The position numbers and the translations under genes are program-made. From the NCBI GenBank assembly GCA_015066925.1, contig SVNL01000004.1, positions 175-64,174 on the forward strand: DNA of 64,000 bases. The letters are read 5' to 3'. Positions 1-9,776 of this stretch are shown here, piece by piece. Origin of the DNA: Ruminococcus sp. (GTDB taxonomy: Bacteria; Bacillota; Clostridia; Oscillospirales; Ruminococcaceae). The notes under the pieces are model-generated. The model searched no databases and had not been told where the DNA came from. It was given only the letters and a program-made list of their open reading frames with translations. The stretch's first letter is position 1. The number at the start of each line of letters is the position of its first letter.

Positions 1-2208
1 GAAGAAAACACAATAAAAGTTTCAAACAATACTGAAACTGTTCAGCATAAAATAAACACAGCGGTTCTCCCGCAGGAAATATCAAGAATTACAGACATTC
101 AGATGACAAATTCGGGTAAAATAATTCTTACTGCCGTTGACAGCGAAGGTAAAATAATGTTTTACAATTCGAATTCCGATATGAGTGTTTTGACGAAAAT
201 AGAGTTCAACTCTGATTACAATATAAATGATATGGACAGAAATTTCTGCTATACATATATGGACGACGGTACAATTTATCTGCTTGAAACCGTAGTTACA
301 CATAACGGAATTGAATTCCCTTCAGAAGATGACGCCGAATTTGATTACGAGGAATATCTTGCCGCTTCACAGGCGGAATACAGTCTTTGCAGATATAATA
401 CAAAGGGTAAGCGTGATGAAAAGCATATTATAAAAAACGCATCGGATTATCTTCAAATGGAGTCGGGGGCAGGAATTCAAAATATGCTTTTTGTCGGAGA
501 AAAAATACTTTTCCTGTCAGGCGGTCGAATTTATTCTATGACAATGGAAGGAGAAATTGAAGCGGAAATAAATATTTCAGAGGATGAAAATGTAACTCAG
601 CTTCTTAATGATTCAGACGGAAACGTTTGCTGTGTGGTGTCTAATCCGGAAAAATCATATATTTGTACGGTAAATACAGAAAATATGACTCTTAATGGTG
701 ATATGCTTGTTATTCCGGATGAAATTTCAGGCAAGCTGTTAAAAGGGAATGAAGCTTACAGATTTTTTGCAGAGTCTAAATCAAAATTTTATGGCATCAC
801 AAAAGAAAATACATCTGAGGTTCTGGTTGATTTTGTGAAATCGGGATTATCGGTAGTATATCAGGGTATGATAAACGTCGGAGAAAACTTTATGGCTGTT
901 GAACAAGGCAAGCTGCTTCTTCTTACAGAAAATGATTCTGAGGATAATGCAGACACGGTTACAATAAAAGTAGGCTGTCTTGCTCAGATGATTGAGCTTG
1001 AGGAGCTTGCGGCGAAGTTTAACAGAAGCAGCAGTAAATATCAGATAGAAATTGACAGCTATGGAAAAAATCTTGAATCGGGTAATATTCCTGATGAGGA
1101 TTTTGAAAAGCTAAAGCTTGATATTATATCAGGAAAAGCACCTGATATACTGATATGCTCGAATGCAGAGCTTATGCAGAATTTAGCTTTAAAAGGAGCT
1201 TTTGCGGATCTTTATGAATTAATGGAAAGTGATACTGAAATAAACACAGATACGCTTATGCCGAATATTGTTGAATCATATGATATGGATGGAAGTTTAT
1301 ATATACTTCCGACTAAATTTTCAATAGAAACGTGTGTAGCAAAAAGCAAGTTTACCGATATTCAAAACTGGACTCTTGATGATATGAAAAAACTGTATAA
1401 TCAGCATAAAGATGAAAAGGATTTGTTTCTGTCTGCCAATAACAAAATTGCCGTTTTTTTGTTTGCTTCATCGTTCGGAGAAGCTTTTATAGACAGAAAG
1501 AACAATACCTGTAATTTTAATTCAGATGAGTTTAAACAGCTTATTGAATTCTGTAATGAGTTTCCTGATGTTGAGGAAGCTCTTGAACTGAAAAAAGCTC
1601 CTGAGGGAATGCCTGACATGCTTGTCTGCGCAAGAGATTATGCGCTGCTTGATCTTCTTTATATGGATACACTGCGTGATTATGCTAATATGAAGTATCT
1701 TTATTACGGAGGAGAAGAGCTTACATTTGTTGGAAGTCCTACAAATGACGGAAAAGGTGCAAATCTGCTTGGTATCAGAGAAATAGCAATACTGAATTCA
1801 TGTGAAGATAAAAAAGCTGCATGGAATGTATTTAAAACATTTTTCGAAGCGGATTATCAGATATATTCTGACGGAATGTCGCCTGTTACTGCATATTTTG
1901 AAAAAGCTGCCGATCTCACAATGATGAATCCGGGATATTTTACTGATGACGGAAGCTATAATACATATACTGATAAGACATATGTTGACGGGATAGGCGA
2001 TATTATTATAAATCCGCTGACAAAGGAAGAACGTGACCGTCTTTGCGAATATGTGAAAGGAATTTCAAAACGGCGTTTTGAGTCTTCAAGCTCGTACAAT
2101 ATTATAAGAGAAGAGGTGAAGGCTTGTCTTTACGGTAATATTTCGGTAGATGAAGCCGCAGAAAATATTCAGCAGAGAATGACAATCTATCTGAGCGAAA
2201 ATTCCTGA
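1..2208 (+). CDS. Extracellular solute-binding protein (ABC carbohydrate-type) with N-terminal extra domain; 5' end outside window
   Basis: Frame is open from base 1 (EENTIKVSNN...). C-terminal half has SBP_bac_1-like motifs (LDIISGKAPDIL, GAFADLYELM, DGSLYILP, AAWNVFK, SVDEAAENIQ). Confidence 0.75.
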   Translation, partial: EENTIKVSNNTETVQHKINTAVLPQEISRITDIQMTNSGKIILTAVDSEGKIMFYNSNSDMSVLTKIEFNSDYNINDMDRNFCYTYMDDGTIYLLETVVTHNGIEFPSEDDAEFDYEEYLAASQAEYSLCRYNTKGKRDEKHIIKNASDYLQMESGAGIQNMLFVGEKILFLSGGRIYSMTMEGEIEAEINISEDENVTQLLNDSDGNVCCVVSNPEKSYICTVNTENMTLNGDMLVIPDEISGKLLKGNEAYRFFAESKSKFYGITKENTSEVLVDFVKSGLSVVYQGMINVGENFMAVEQGKLLLLTENDSEDNADTVTIKVGCLAQMIELEELAAKFNRSSSKYQIEIDSYGKNLESGNIPDEDFEKLKLDIISGKAPDILICSNAELMQNLALKGAFADLYELMESDTEINTDTLMPNIVESYDMDGSLYILPTKFSIETCVAKSKFTDIQNWTLDDMKKLYNQHKDEKDLFLSANNKIAVFLFASSFGEAFIDRKNNTCNFNSDEFKQLIEFCNEFPDVEEALELKKAPEGMPDMLVCARDYALLDLLYMDTLRDYANMKYLYYGGEELTFVGSPTNDGKGANLLGIREIAILNSCEDKKAAWNVFKTFFEADYQIYSDGMSPVTAYFEKAADLTMMNPGYFTDDGSYNTYTDKTYVDGIGDIIINPLTKEERDRLCEYVKGISKRRFESSSSYNIIREEVKACLYGNISVDEAAENIQQRMTIYLSENS

Positions 2209-2230
2209 AAGTATAAATAATATACGACAA

Positions 2231-2266
2231 AAAAGCTGTTGTATCATAAGAGATACAACAGCTTTT
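2231..2266. terminator. Bidirectional intrinsic terminator
   Basis: Perfect inverted repeat aaaagctgttgtatc-ataaga-gatacaacagctttt between convergent genes. Confidence 0.85.
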
Positions 2267-2282
2267 GCGTTTGTTTTATAAA

Positions 2283-3656
2283 TCAGTCAATATCTGGAAT
2301 GTTTTTAAGAGCATTATTTATTTCTTCATCAGTAGGAATATAATCGGTCATAATACCGTTATGGAATTTTTCATAAGCGTACATATCGAAATAACCTGTA
2401 CCTGTAAGACCGAAGAGGATAGTTTTTTCCTCGCCTGTTTCCTTACACTTCATAGCTTCGTCGATAGCAACCTTGATAGCGTGGCTGCTTTCGGGAGCAG
2501 GAAGAATACCCTCAACTCTTGCGAACTGTTCAGCAGCAGCAAATACAGAAGTCTGTTCAACAGAAACAGCCTCCATAAGACCCTGGTCATAGAGTTCTGA
2601 AAGGACAGAGCTCATACCGTGATATCTCAGACCGCCAGCATGATTTGCGGCAGGCATAAATCCACTTCCGAGAGTATACATTTTCTGGAGAGGACAAACC
2701 TGACCTGTATCACAGAAGTCGTAAACATATTTACCTCTTGTAAGGCTCGGGCATGAAGAAGGTTCAACGGCAATAAATCTGTAATCAGCTTCGCCGCGTA
2801 ATTTTTCGCCCATAAACGGAGAAATAAGACCGCCGAGGTTAGAACCGCCGCCTGCACAGCCGATAATAATATCAGGCTTGATGTTGTACTTATCCATAGC
2901 AGCCTTAGCCTCAAGACCGATAACAGTCTGGTGGAGAAGAACCTGAGAAAGAACAGAACCGAGAACATAGCGATAGCCCTCTTGATTCTGAGCAGCTTCA
3001 ACTGCTTCTGAAATAGCACATCCGAGGCTTCCGTCGGTACCTGGGAACTGCTGAAGAATTTTTCTTCCGACAGCAGTAGTTTCAGAAGGTGAAGGGGTAA
3101 CAGAAGCACCATATGTTCTCATTACTTCACGTCTGAAAGGCTTCTGTTCATAGGAAACCTTAACCATATAAACCTGACAGTCGAGGTCGAAGTAAGAACA
3201 CGCCATAGAAAGAGCAGTACCCCACTGACCTGCACCTGTTTCGGTAGTAACACCTTTAAGACCTTGTTTTTTAGCATAATAAGCCTGAGCTATTGCAGAA
3301 TTAAGCTTATGGCTTCCGCTTGTATTGTTACCCTCGAATTTATAGTAGATTTTTGCAGGAGTATCGAGCTTCTTTTCAAGACAGTATGCACGAACAAGCG
3401 GAGCAGGTCTGTACATTTTATAGAAGTCGATAATTTCCTGTGGAATATCTATATAAGCGTTTGTATCATCAAGCTCTTGTTTTACAAGCTCTTCACAGAA
3501 AACGTTGCTAAGCTCCTGTGCGGTAACAGGTTTTTTTGTGACGGGGTTAAGAAGCGGAGCAGGCTTTTTCTTCATATCGGCACGAACATTGTACCACTGT
3601 TTTGGCAATTCATCCTCCTGAAGATAAATTTTATAAGGGATTTTTTCGATTGACAT
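2283..3656 (-). CDS. trpB2: TrpB2 (TrpB-like PLP enzyme, tryptophan synthase beta type 2)
   Basis: SGSHKLNSA PLP-lysine motif, TETGAGQWG, GCAGGGSN, HAGGLRYHG, PAPESSHA. Start moved to MSIEK (RBS aaaggag). Confidence 0.9.
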   Translation of the reverse strand: MSIEKIPYKIYLQEDELPKQWYNVRADMKKKPAPLLNPVTKKPVTAQELSNVFCEELVKQELDDTNAYIDIPQEIIDFYKMYRPAPLVRAYCLEKKLDTPAKIYYKFEGNNTSGSHKLNSAIAQAYYAKKQGLKGVTTETGAGQWGTALSMACSYFDLDCQVYMVKVSYEQKPFRREVMRTYGASVTPSPSETTAVGRKILQQFPGTDGSLGCAISEAVEAAQNQEGYRYVLGSVLSQVLLHQTVIGLEAKAAMDKYNIKPDIIIGCAGGGSNLGGLISPFMGEKLRGEADYRFIAVEPSSCPSLTRGKYVYDFCDTGQVCPLQKMYTLGSGFMPAANHAGGLRYHGMSSVLSELYDQGLMEAVSVEQTSVFAAAEQFARVEGILPAPESSHAIKVAIDEAMKCKETGEEKTILFGLTGTGYFDMYAYEKFHNGIMTDYIPTDEEINNALKNIPDID

Positions 3657-3695
3657 AAGAATTCTCCTTTCATAATCAGCCGTGAAGAGAAACAT

Positions 3696-3958
3696 AAAAA
3701 AGCTCCTGTCACGGCAATATTATGCCGGGACAAGAGCAAAAATTCTCCTGCGGTGCCACCCTGCTTGATGTGGAAACATCCTCTTACTGTGTACAAACAT
3801 ACACTGATTTTGTAACGTAAATCAAACGTCTCACCTACTGGCGTAAAGCGTTCGGATTGCCCTCAGAAGTCCATTCAAAACCGAGCTTCATACCGACTCA
3901 CACCTACGTCGGCTCTCTGAGATGAAAAAACGGAATTTACTTACTCTTCATCAATGGT
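3696..3958 (-). promoter_or_regulatory. T-box riboswitch, Trp specifier
   Basis: Minus strand shows AGAGA and GGTGTGA stem I boxes, specifier GAA-TGG (TGG at 3871-3873), T-box AAGCAGGGTGGCACCGC (3750-3766) and a terminator hairpin with U-run (3696-3737). Confidence 0.92.
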
Positions 3959-3967
3959 TTATAATTT

Positions 3968-3996
3968 AGAATAACACATTTTTTTGTTAAAGTCAA
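3968..3996 (-). promoter_or_regulatory. SigA promoter for the T-box/trpB2 transcript
   Basis: TTGACT-17 nt-TATTCT with TG extension, just upstream of the T-box. Confidence 0.65.
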
Positions 3997-4064
3997 CAGT
4001 AAAAAGCATTTTTTACGTTTTGCACAAATCTGTGAACAATTTTCATACCATGGAAAAGCTTAAA

Positions 4065-4868
4065 TTACTTTATTGGTTCGCAGTTATCTATTGCACCGAT
4101 TGGACAGGCTTCGAAGCATATACCGCAGCCTGTGCATTTTGAATAGTCAATAACAGCGTGAAAATCAATAACGTGAATAGCGTCGTTAATACATTTTCTT
4201 TCGCATATTTTACAGCCGATACAGCCGTTTTTGCAAAAGGCCTTTGTCATTTTTCCGTTATCAGCCGATGAACACTTAACATCAATATGCTTTGTGACAG
4301 GGCGGATTGAAATAAGCGAATTCGGACAAGCTTTTACACATTTTCCGCAAGCAACACATTTAGATTTGTCGATACAAGCGATACCGTTTTTTATTGAAAT
4401 AGCGTTTTCACTGCACACGTCAGCACAGTCGCCAAGACCGATACAGCCATATGTGCATAAGCCGTCGCCACTGTAAAAACGATTTGCGGCGGCACATGAT
4501 TTAACTCCGTCATACTCAAATTTTTTTGAAGTTGCATTACAGTTTCCGTTGCAATGCACGACAGCGACCTCGGGAGTAACGGATAAAGCGTTAACGCCCA
4601 TAATTTCGGCAATTTTTTCGGCAACAGGAATTCCACCCGGCTTGCACATATTTGATGCCGCACCTTTGTTTACCACAGCGTCGGCGTAATCTGAACAGCC
4701 TGCAAATCCGCATGCACCACAATTTGCCTGAGGAAGAGCATCGCTTATACTTTCAATACGCTCATCGACCTTGACCTCAAAAATTTTTGAAGCAACAGTA
4801 AGAAGAATACCTGCCAATACGCCTATAACCGCAAAAATGATTACAGGAAGAATAAAAGTATCAAACAT
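4065..4868 (-). CDS. rnfB: Rnf complex subunit B (polyferredoxin)
   Basis: N-terminal TM, LPQANCGACGFAGC motif, several CxxCxxCxxxCP motifs. Confidence 0.93.
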   Translation of the reverse strand: MFDTFILPVIIFAVIGVLAGILLTVASKIFEVKVDERIESISDALPQANCGACGFAGCSDYADAVVNKGAASNMCKPGGIPVAEKIAEIMGVNALSVTPEVAVVHCNGNCNATSKKFEYDGVKSCAAANRFYSGDGLCTYGCIGLGDCADVCSENAISIKNGIACIDKSKCVACGKCVKACPNSLISIRPVTKHIDVKCSSADNGKMTKAFCKNGCIGCKICERKCINDAIHVIDFHAVIDYSKCTGCGICFEACPIGAIDNCEPIK

Positions 4869-4880
4869 AGAAGCTCCTCC

Positions 4881-5462
4881 TTAACCGATTTTTAAGCCTG
4901 AGAACGCCATAAAGCTGACGGAAACGATTGAAGCGGCAATAAGGGTACTCGGAATACCTTTGAATGTGTCAGGAATATCAGCATTTTCGATTTTAGAGCG
5001 TACTCCTGAAAAGAGAATAAGAGAAAGTGTAAATGCCATGCCGACGAAAATAGAATTGAGAACAGAAATACCAAAGCTAAAGCCGTTGTCGATATTCTGT
5101 AAGGTAACTCCTAAAACAGCACAGTTTGTTGTAATAAGAGGCAAATACACTCCGAGAGCGTTATAAAGCGGCGGCATAACCTTTTTCAGAACGATTTCCA
5201 CAAGCTGAACGAAAAGAGCAATTATAAGAATAAATGCAACTGTTCTTAGATAAGTAAGGTTATACGGCTGAAGAATGAGTGCATAAACGGGATATGTAAC
5301 GACTGTTGCACACGCCATAACGAATATTACAGCGGCTCCCATACCAAGACTTGAAGAAAGCTTTTTTGACACTCCCAGAAACGGACATATTCCCATAAAT
5401 TTAGAAAGAACAATATTATCCGTAAGAATGGCGGTCAGCATAAGTGTAAAAATAGTTTTCAT
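4881..5462 (-). CDS. rnfA: Rnf complex subunit A
   Basis: NIVLSKFMGICPFLGVS, LPLITTNCAVLG. Start MKTIF overlaps the rnfE stop. Confidence 0.93.
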   Translation of the reverse strand: MKTIFTLMLTAILTDNIVLSKFMGICPFLGVSKKLSSSLGMGAAVIFVMACATVVTYPVYALILQPYNLTYLRTVAFILIIALFVQLVEIVLKKVMPPLYNALGVYLPLITTNCAVLGVTLQNIDNGFSFGISVLNSIFVGMAFTLSLILFSGVRSKIENADIPDTFKGIPSTLIAASIVSVSFMAFSGLKIG

Positions 5463-6121
5463 TATTTTGCACACTCTCCTTTCTGACCGCATAAAGCAGC
5501 ATTCGGACAGCCTGTACAGCCGATTTTTTCAGGAGGTCTGCGTTTTGCGATTTTATTTACAAGTGCAATAATACAGCCGAGAACAAAGAAACCTCCGGGT
5601 GACATTACAAATATAGATATAGGCTGGATTTTATCTGAAATAGTAATACCCATCCATTGCCCGGCACCCAGAATTTCTCTGACTGACGCAATGAGGAATA
5701 GTGATAATGTAAATCCGAGTCCCATACCAAGTCCGTCACATATTGATGGAATAACCTTATTCTTGCTTGCAAACATTTCTGCACGTCCGAGAATGATGCA
5801 GTTTACCGTAATAAGAGAAAGAAATGTTCCGAGGCTGTCGTAAAGTGACGGAACATATCCATGCAGAATAAATTCCACAAGTGTAACAAATCCCGCAATG
5901 ATGACAATATAGCATGGAAGCTTTACTGCCTTGGGAATTGCTTTTTTCAGCAGAGAAATAATAAGATTTGAGCAGACGAGTACAAATGTTGTTGCAAGTC
6001 CCATACCGAGTCCGTTTTTAGCCTGATTTGTAACAGCAAGTGTAGGACACATACCCAGAAGTCCGACAAGGTTAGGATTTTCTTTTATAAGACCTTTTGT
6101 AAACTCCTTAAGATTACTCAT
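5462..6121 (-). CDS. rnfE: Rnf complex subunit E
   Basis: ENPNLVGLLGMCPTLAV, LITVNCIILGRAE. Confidence 0.93.
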   Translation of the reverse strand: MSNLKEFTKGLIKENPNLVGLLGMCPTLAVTNQAKNGLGMGLATTFVLVCSNLIISLLKKAIPKAVKLPCYIVIIAGFVTLVEFILHGYVPSLYDSLGTFLSLITVNCIILGRAEMFASKNKVIPSICDGLGMGLGFTLSLFLIASVREILGAGQWMGITISDKIQPISIFVMSPGGFFVLGCIIALVNKIAKRRPPEKIGCTGCPNAALCGQKGECAK

Positions 6122-6635
6122 TTATAATCGCCTCCTTATTAGCCGAATAAGTATCAAGAGCAACCGAAACGGCTTCCTGCATACCTTTTGAGGAATAAGT
6201 TGCACCTGTTATTATAGTATCTGATGAAAATTCAGGAGAAGAAAGTCCGATATATTTATTAAGATATTCATTGTCTTGAACTTTAGTTCCGACACCTGCC
6301 GTTTCAGCAATAGAAACAATGCTTATACCGCAGATTTCACCGTTTTCATTTATTCCTATAAGGGTTCGGATACCGTCTTTTGCGTATCCGTCAACAGTTA
6401 TATCGAAAATAGCTCTGCCCTTATCATCAGTTATAATCTGAGTAATACCGTCGAATGAACGGTCGAGAATTTTGTAATCAGCTTCACCGAAAACCTCATT
6501 AAGACTTTTCTGAAGCTTTTCTTCCTGAGCCTTTTCAATTTTCGGAAGCGTCAGGTCATTGGCGAATGCAAGCAGTCCGCTTACAATTATGCATACTGCC
6601 ATAAGTACAAACGGAGGAAGAAAATGCTTCATCAT
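6114..6635 (-). CDS. rnfG: Rnf complex subunit G (FMN-binding)
   Basis: N-terminal TM, ETAGVG, flavinylation motif ITGATYSS; operon position. Confidence 0.9.
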   Translation of the reverse strand: MMKHFLPPFVLMAVCIIVSGLLAFANDLTLPKIEKAQEEKLQKSLNEVFGEADYKILDRSFDGITQIITDDKGRAIFDITVDGYAKDGIRTLIGINENGEICGISIVSIAETAGVGTKVQDNEYLNKYIGLSSPEFSSDTIITGATYSSKGMQEAVSVALDTYSANKEAIINE

Positions 6636-7558
6636 TTTTTTGCCTCCTTTTCGGTTTTTACAGCACCGATAATTTTAGGAGCAGTAAAGCTGTCGATATA
6701 AGGTGTAACAATATTCATAAGCAGAATAGAGAATGAAACTCCCTCAGGATATCCACCGTATTCTCTTATAACAAAGGTAATAATTCCACAGCCAAGACCG
6801 AATATCAGTTTACCCTTTGCGGTAATCGGAGTTGTAACATAGTCTGTTGCCATAAAGAAAGCGCCGAGCAGCAAACCTCCTGAAAGAATATGATATATAG
6901 GGTCATTCCCGACAATAAATTCCAAAGCAGCAACCGAACCTATAAAAGCAAGCGGTGCGGCAGGGGAGATGATTTTCGCAACAATAAGGAAAATTCCGCC
7001 TATAATCAAGCCAATAGCGCATACTTCACCGATACAGCCCTTTGTATTGCCGATAAGCAGGTCGATGTACGAAGCATTACCGCTTATAAGAGGTGTAGCA
7101 CCTGTAACGGCATCACTTTCGCTCATAAAGCGTGTAGCTGACCACGTAGTCATATTTGAAGTGAACGAGAGCATAAGCACGATACGGGCAACAATAGCAG
7201 GATTAGCGAAATTCTGTCCAAGACCGCCAAAAAGCTGTTTTACGATTACAATAGCGACGAAACAGCCGATTAAAGCCTGCCATACAGGCAAATCAGGCGG
7301 AAGATTCATAGCGAGTAGAGTACCTGTAAGTGCGGCACTAAGGTCAGCAGCAGTCTGCTGACGCTTCATAATAATGCGGCAAACAGCCTCCATAGCCACA
7401 CAGCCGACAATACAAACAACAGAAAGAATGAGTGCCTTTAAACCGAACATAATGATTCCCGTTAACAAAGAAGGAAGGAGTGCGATAATTACAAGAAGCA
7501 TAATTTTTTGTGTAGTCATATTTCCTGTAATATGTGGAGAAGCCGATACTTTTAACAT
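6632..7558 (-). CDS. rnfD: Rnf complex subunit D
   Basis: KQLFGGLGQNFANPA, DAVTGATPL (FMN site), FMATDYVTTP, YPEGVSFSIL. Confidence 0.93.
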   Translation of the reverse strand: MLKVSASPHITGNMTTQKIMLLVIIALLPSLLTGIIMFGLKALILSVVCIVGCVAMEAVCRIIMKRQQTAADLSAALTGTLLAMNLPPDLPVWQALIGCFVAIVIVKQLFGGLGQNFANPAIVARIVLMLSFTSNMTTWSATRFMSESDAVTGATPLISGNASYIDLLIGNTKGCIGEVCAIGLIIGGIFLIVAKIISPAAPLAFIGSVAALEFIVGNDPIYHILSGGLLLGAFFMATDYVTTPITAKGKLIFGLGCGIITFVIREYGGYPEGVSFSILLMNIVTPYIDSFTAPKIIGAVKTEKEAKK

Positions 7559-7576
7559 AAACAGAGTCCTTTCAGA

Positions 7577-8854
7577 TTAATTGCGTGGAATAATCATCTT
7601 TGCAAGCTGATTTGTTTCGGCGAGCTTTCTTTTAGAGGGGCAAACGTATGTACAGCAGCCGCAGTTCATGCAAAGCATAACTTTAAGACTTTTGAGTTTT
7701 TCGATATCACGGCATCTGAATGCTTTTTCAATTTCGGTAGGCATAAGATTGAACGGACAGGCTCTTAAACAGCGTCCGCAGCGTATACAAGGCGACTCTT
7801 TGTCTGATTTAACCTTGTTCATAGCCAGAACAGCATTGTTTGTTTTAGTAACAGGCTGTTCGATATCATAAGCGGTTGCTCCCATCATAGGTCCGCCCAT
7901 AATGAGCTTGTTCAGTTTATCTGTTTCACATTCGCAATATTTTAAAACGTGTGAAACAGGAGTTCCGATGGGAACTCTTAAATTTGCTTTTTTCTTTATA
8001 ATATCACCGTCAACCGTAAGTATACGGCTGACAAGCGGCATACCTGTTCTGATATAGGTGTTAAGCTGTGCCGCAGTTGAAACGTTCATAACGATAACAC
8101 CCTCATCAGCAGGAAGCTGACCTTCTTTTATAATTCTTCCCGTACAATTATAGATAAGCACTTTTTCTCCGCCCTGAGGATAAGCAGAGGGGAGAGCTTT
8201 AATTTCAAAGCGTTTATCGGAAGCTGTTTTTTCGGTAAGAATTTTAATTGCTTCGGGCTTATTGTTTTCTATTCCGATAATTATTTTTGATATGTCAAGA
8301 TATTTTGCAACATAAGAAAGTCCCTCGACAACATCATTTGCATATTCAATCATAATACGGTCATCTGCTGTGATAAACGGTTCACATTCCGCACCGTTTA
8401 CAACAAGACAGTCAACGTCTGATTTAGGATTAAGCTTAATATGTGTAGGAAATCCTGCACCGCCAAGACCTACAAGACCGCTTTCGCGCACTGCCTTTAT
8501 AAATGAAGCTTTATCCGTTATTATCGGCGGAGTAATATCAGCGGCTTTAGTCTGCACACCGTCACATTCAATTTCGACAGCCTTGCATACATTTCCGTTT
8601 GCGAGCTTATAGTCACTTAAAGCGATAACCTTTCCTGAAACTCCCGAATGAATCGGAACAGAGAAAAATTCGTCTGAGTCACCTATTTTCTGACCGACAG
8701 CAACCTCATCTCCGACCTTAACAAGCGGATTGCAGGGTGCACCCATATGCATAGACATAGGAATTTTTACTTTATCGGGCAGAGGAATATCGGTTATAGA
8801 GCATTTTTCTGTATTTTTATTATGAGGAATATGTATACAGCTGAGTTTTAACAT
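7577..8854 (-). CDS. rnfC: Rnf complex subunit C
   Basis: GLVGLGGAGFPTHIKL, NGAECEP, YPQGGEK, two 4Fe-4S motifs. Confidence 0.93.
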   Translation of the reverse strand: MLKLSCIHIPHNKNTEKCSITDIPLPDKVKIPMSMHMGAPCNPLVKVGDEVAVGQKIGDSDEFFSVPIHSGVSGKVIALSDYKLANGNVCKAVEIECDGVQTKAADITPPIITDKASFIKAVRESGLVGLGGAGFPTHIKLNPKSDVDCLVVNGAECEPFITADDRIMIEYANDVVEGLSYVAKYLDISKIIIGIENNKPEAIKILTEKTASDKRFEIKALPSAYPQGGEKVLIYNCTGRIIKEGQLPADEGVIVMNVSTAAQLNTYIRTGMPLVSRILTVDGDIIKKKANLRVPIGTPVSHVLKYCECETDKLNKLIMGGPMMGATAYDIEQPVTKTNNAVLAMNKVKSDKESPCIRCGRCLRACPFNLMPTEIEKAFRCRDIEKLKSLKVMLCMNCGCCTYVCPSKRKLAETNQLAKMIIPRN

Positions 8855-8890
8855 TTTAAACCTCCGTATATGTAGTTGTATAGAGAAAAT

Positions 8891-9382
8891 TTATTTAAGC
8901 TTGCAGTATTTCAGAAGAAGAGCAAGTATAGTTCCCGTAAAAATTCCTGTGACACTGCCTGTAATAATCATAACGGGAAAATATGCGGTAACAGGCAAAA
9001 GCGATTGGTAATAAAAGATACCTGCCATAATAAGCTGAGCGCAATTATGTGAAATTGAGCCGACAGCACTTGTAAACGTTATTGAGCATTTTGAAAATCT
9101 GAAAAGAATGAGTATAACAGCAAGCGATACAAAGCCTCCCGAAGTCGAAAGAAGAAAAGCAGTAAAACCGCGTGTAAGAAAAACAAAAAACGACTTCAGA
9201 AGTGCAATGGATAGTGTGTTTTTCAGATTAAGCCGAATTGCCGAAAACATAACCACAACGTTTGCAAGTCCGGGCTTTGCACCGATAGGCAGTGGTAGAG
9301 GTGTTATACTTTCAATGTAAGAAAGAGCGCAAGCAAGAGCAAGAAGAATTCCTGAAAGAGCGATATCAGAATTTTTTTTCAT
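8891..9382 (-). CDS. Gx transporter family membrane protein (heptaprenyl-PP synthase component I / EetB-like)
   Basis: LSYIES..PLP..GAKPGLANVV and SHNCAQL motifs; multi-TM. Confidence 0.8.
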   Translation of the reverse strand: MKKNSDIALSGILLALACALSYIESITPLPLPIGAKPGLANVVVMFSAIRLNLKNTLSIALLKSFFVFLTRGFTAFLLSTSGGFVSLAVILILFRFSKCSITFTSAVGSISHNCAQLIMAGIFYYQSLLPVTAYFPVMIITGSVTGIFTGTILALLLKYCKLK

Positions 9383-9392
9383 ACAGCCTCCG

Positions 9393-9776
9393 TTAACCTA
9401 CAACCACATCAGCGTCAGAATCTGTGCCGATGATTTTTACAGTAATTTTTTTCGGCAGACATACAATAGTCTGTCCCTTACGGCTTATAGCGCCTGTTTT
9501 CAGGCATATTTCATCGGGACAATCGGTATGAGCGACGAAAATCTCACCGTTTTTTACTTCGAAAACAATATTTTCTGTGTTTTCTAAGGTGATATTCTGT
9601 TTGTTTTCGGACAAAGAAATTTTAAGTGTTTCTGCTCCGTCAACCGATATAACTGCATATTTGCCGTTTTGAGAGTTGTTTATAAAAAGCAGGGCAATAA
9701 TGCAGGCAGTTGTTATAAGAAAGATGATAATAATTTCTTTTGCGTTTAAAAATTTTCTCATAGCATTAATTTTCAT
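9393..9776 (-). CDS. NusG domain II-containing membrane-anchored protein (EetA-like)
   Basis: N-terminal TM, DCPDEICLKTGAIS..GQTIVCLP motif. Confidence 0.85.
   Translation of the reverse strand: MKINAMRKFLNAKEIIIIFLITTACIIALLFINNSQNGKYAVISVDGAETLKISLSENKQNITLENTENIVFEVKNGEIFVAHTDCPDEICLKTGAISRKGQTIVCLPKKITVKIIGTDSDADVVVG

Noticed and set aside
4030-4049. Possible Rex operator ctgtgaacaattttcatac near the end of rnfB
   Set aside because: Poor match and spacing, and it lies downstream rather than upstream of rnf.
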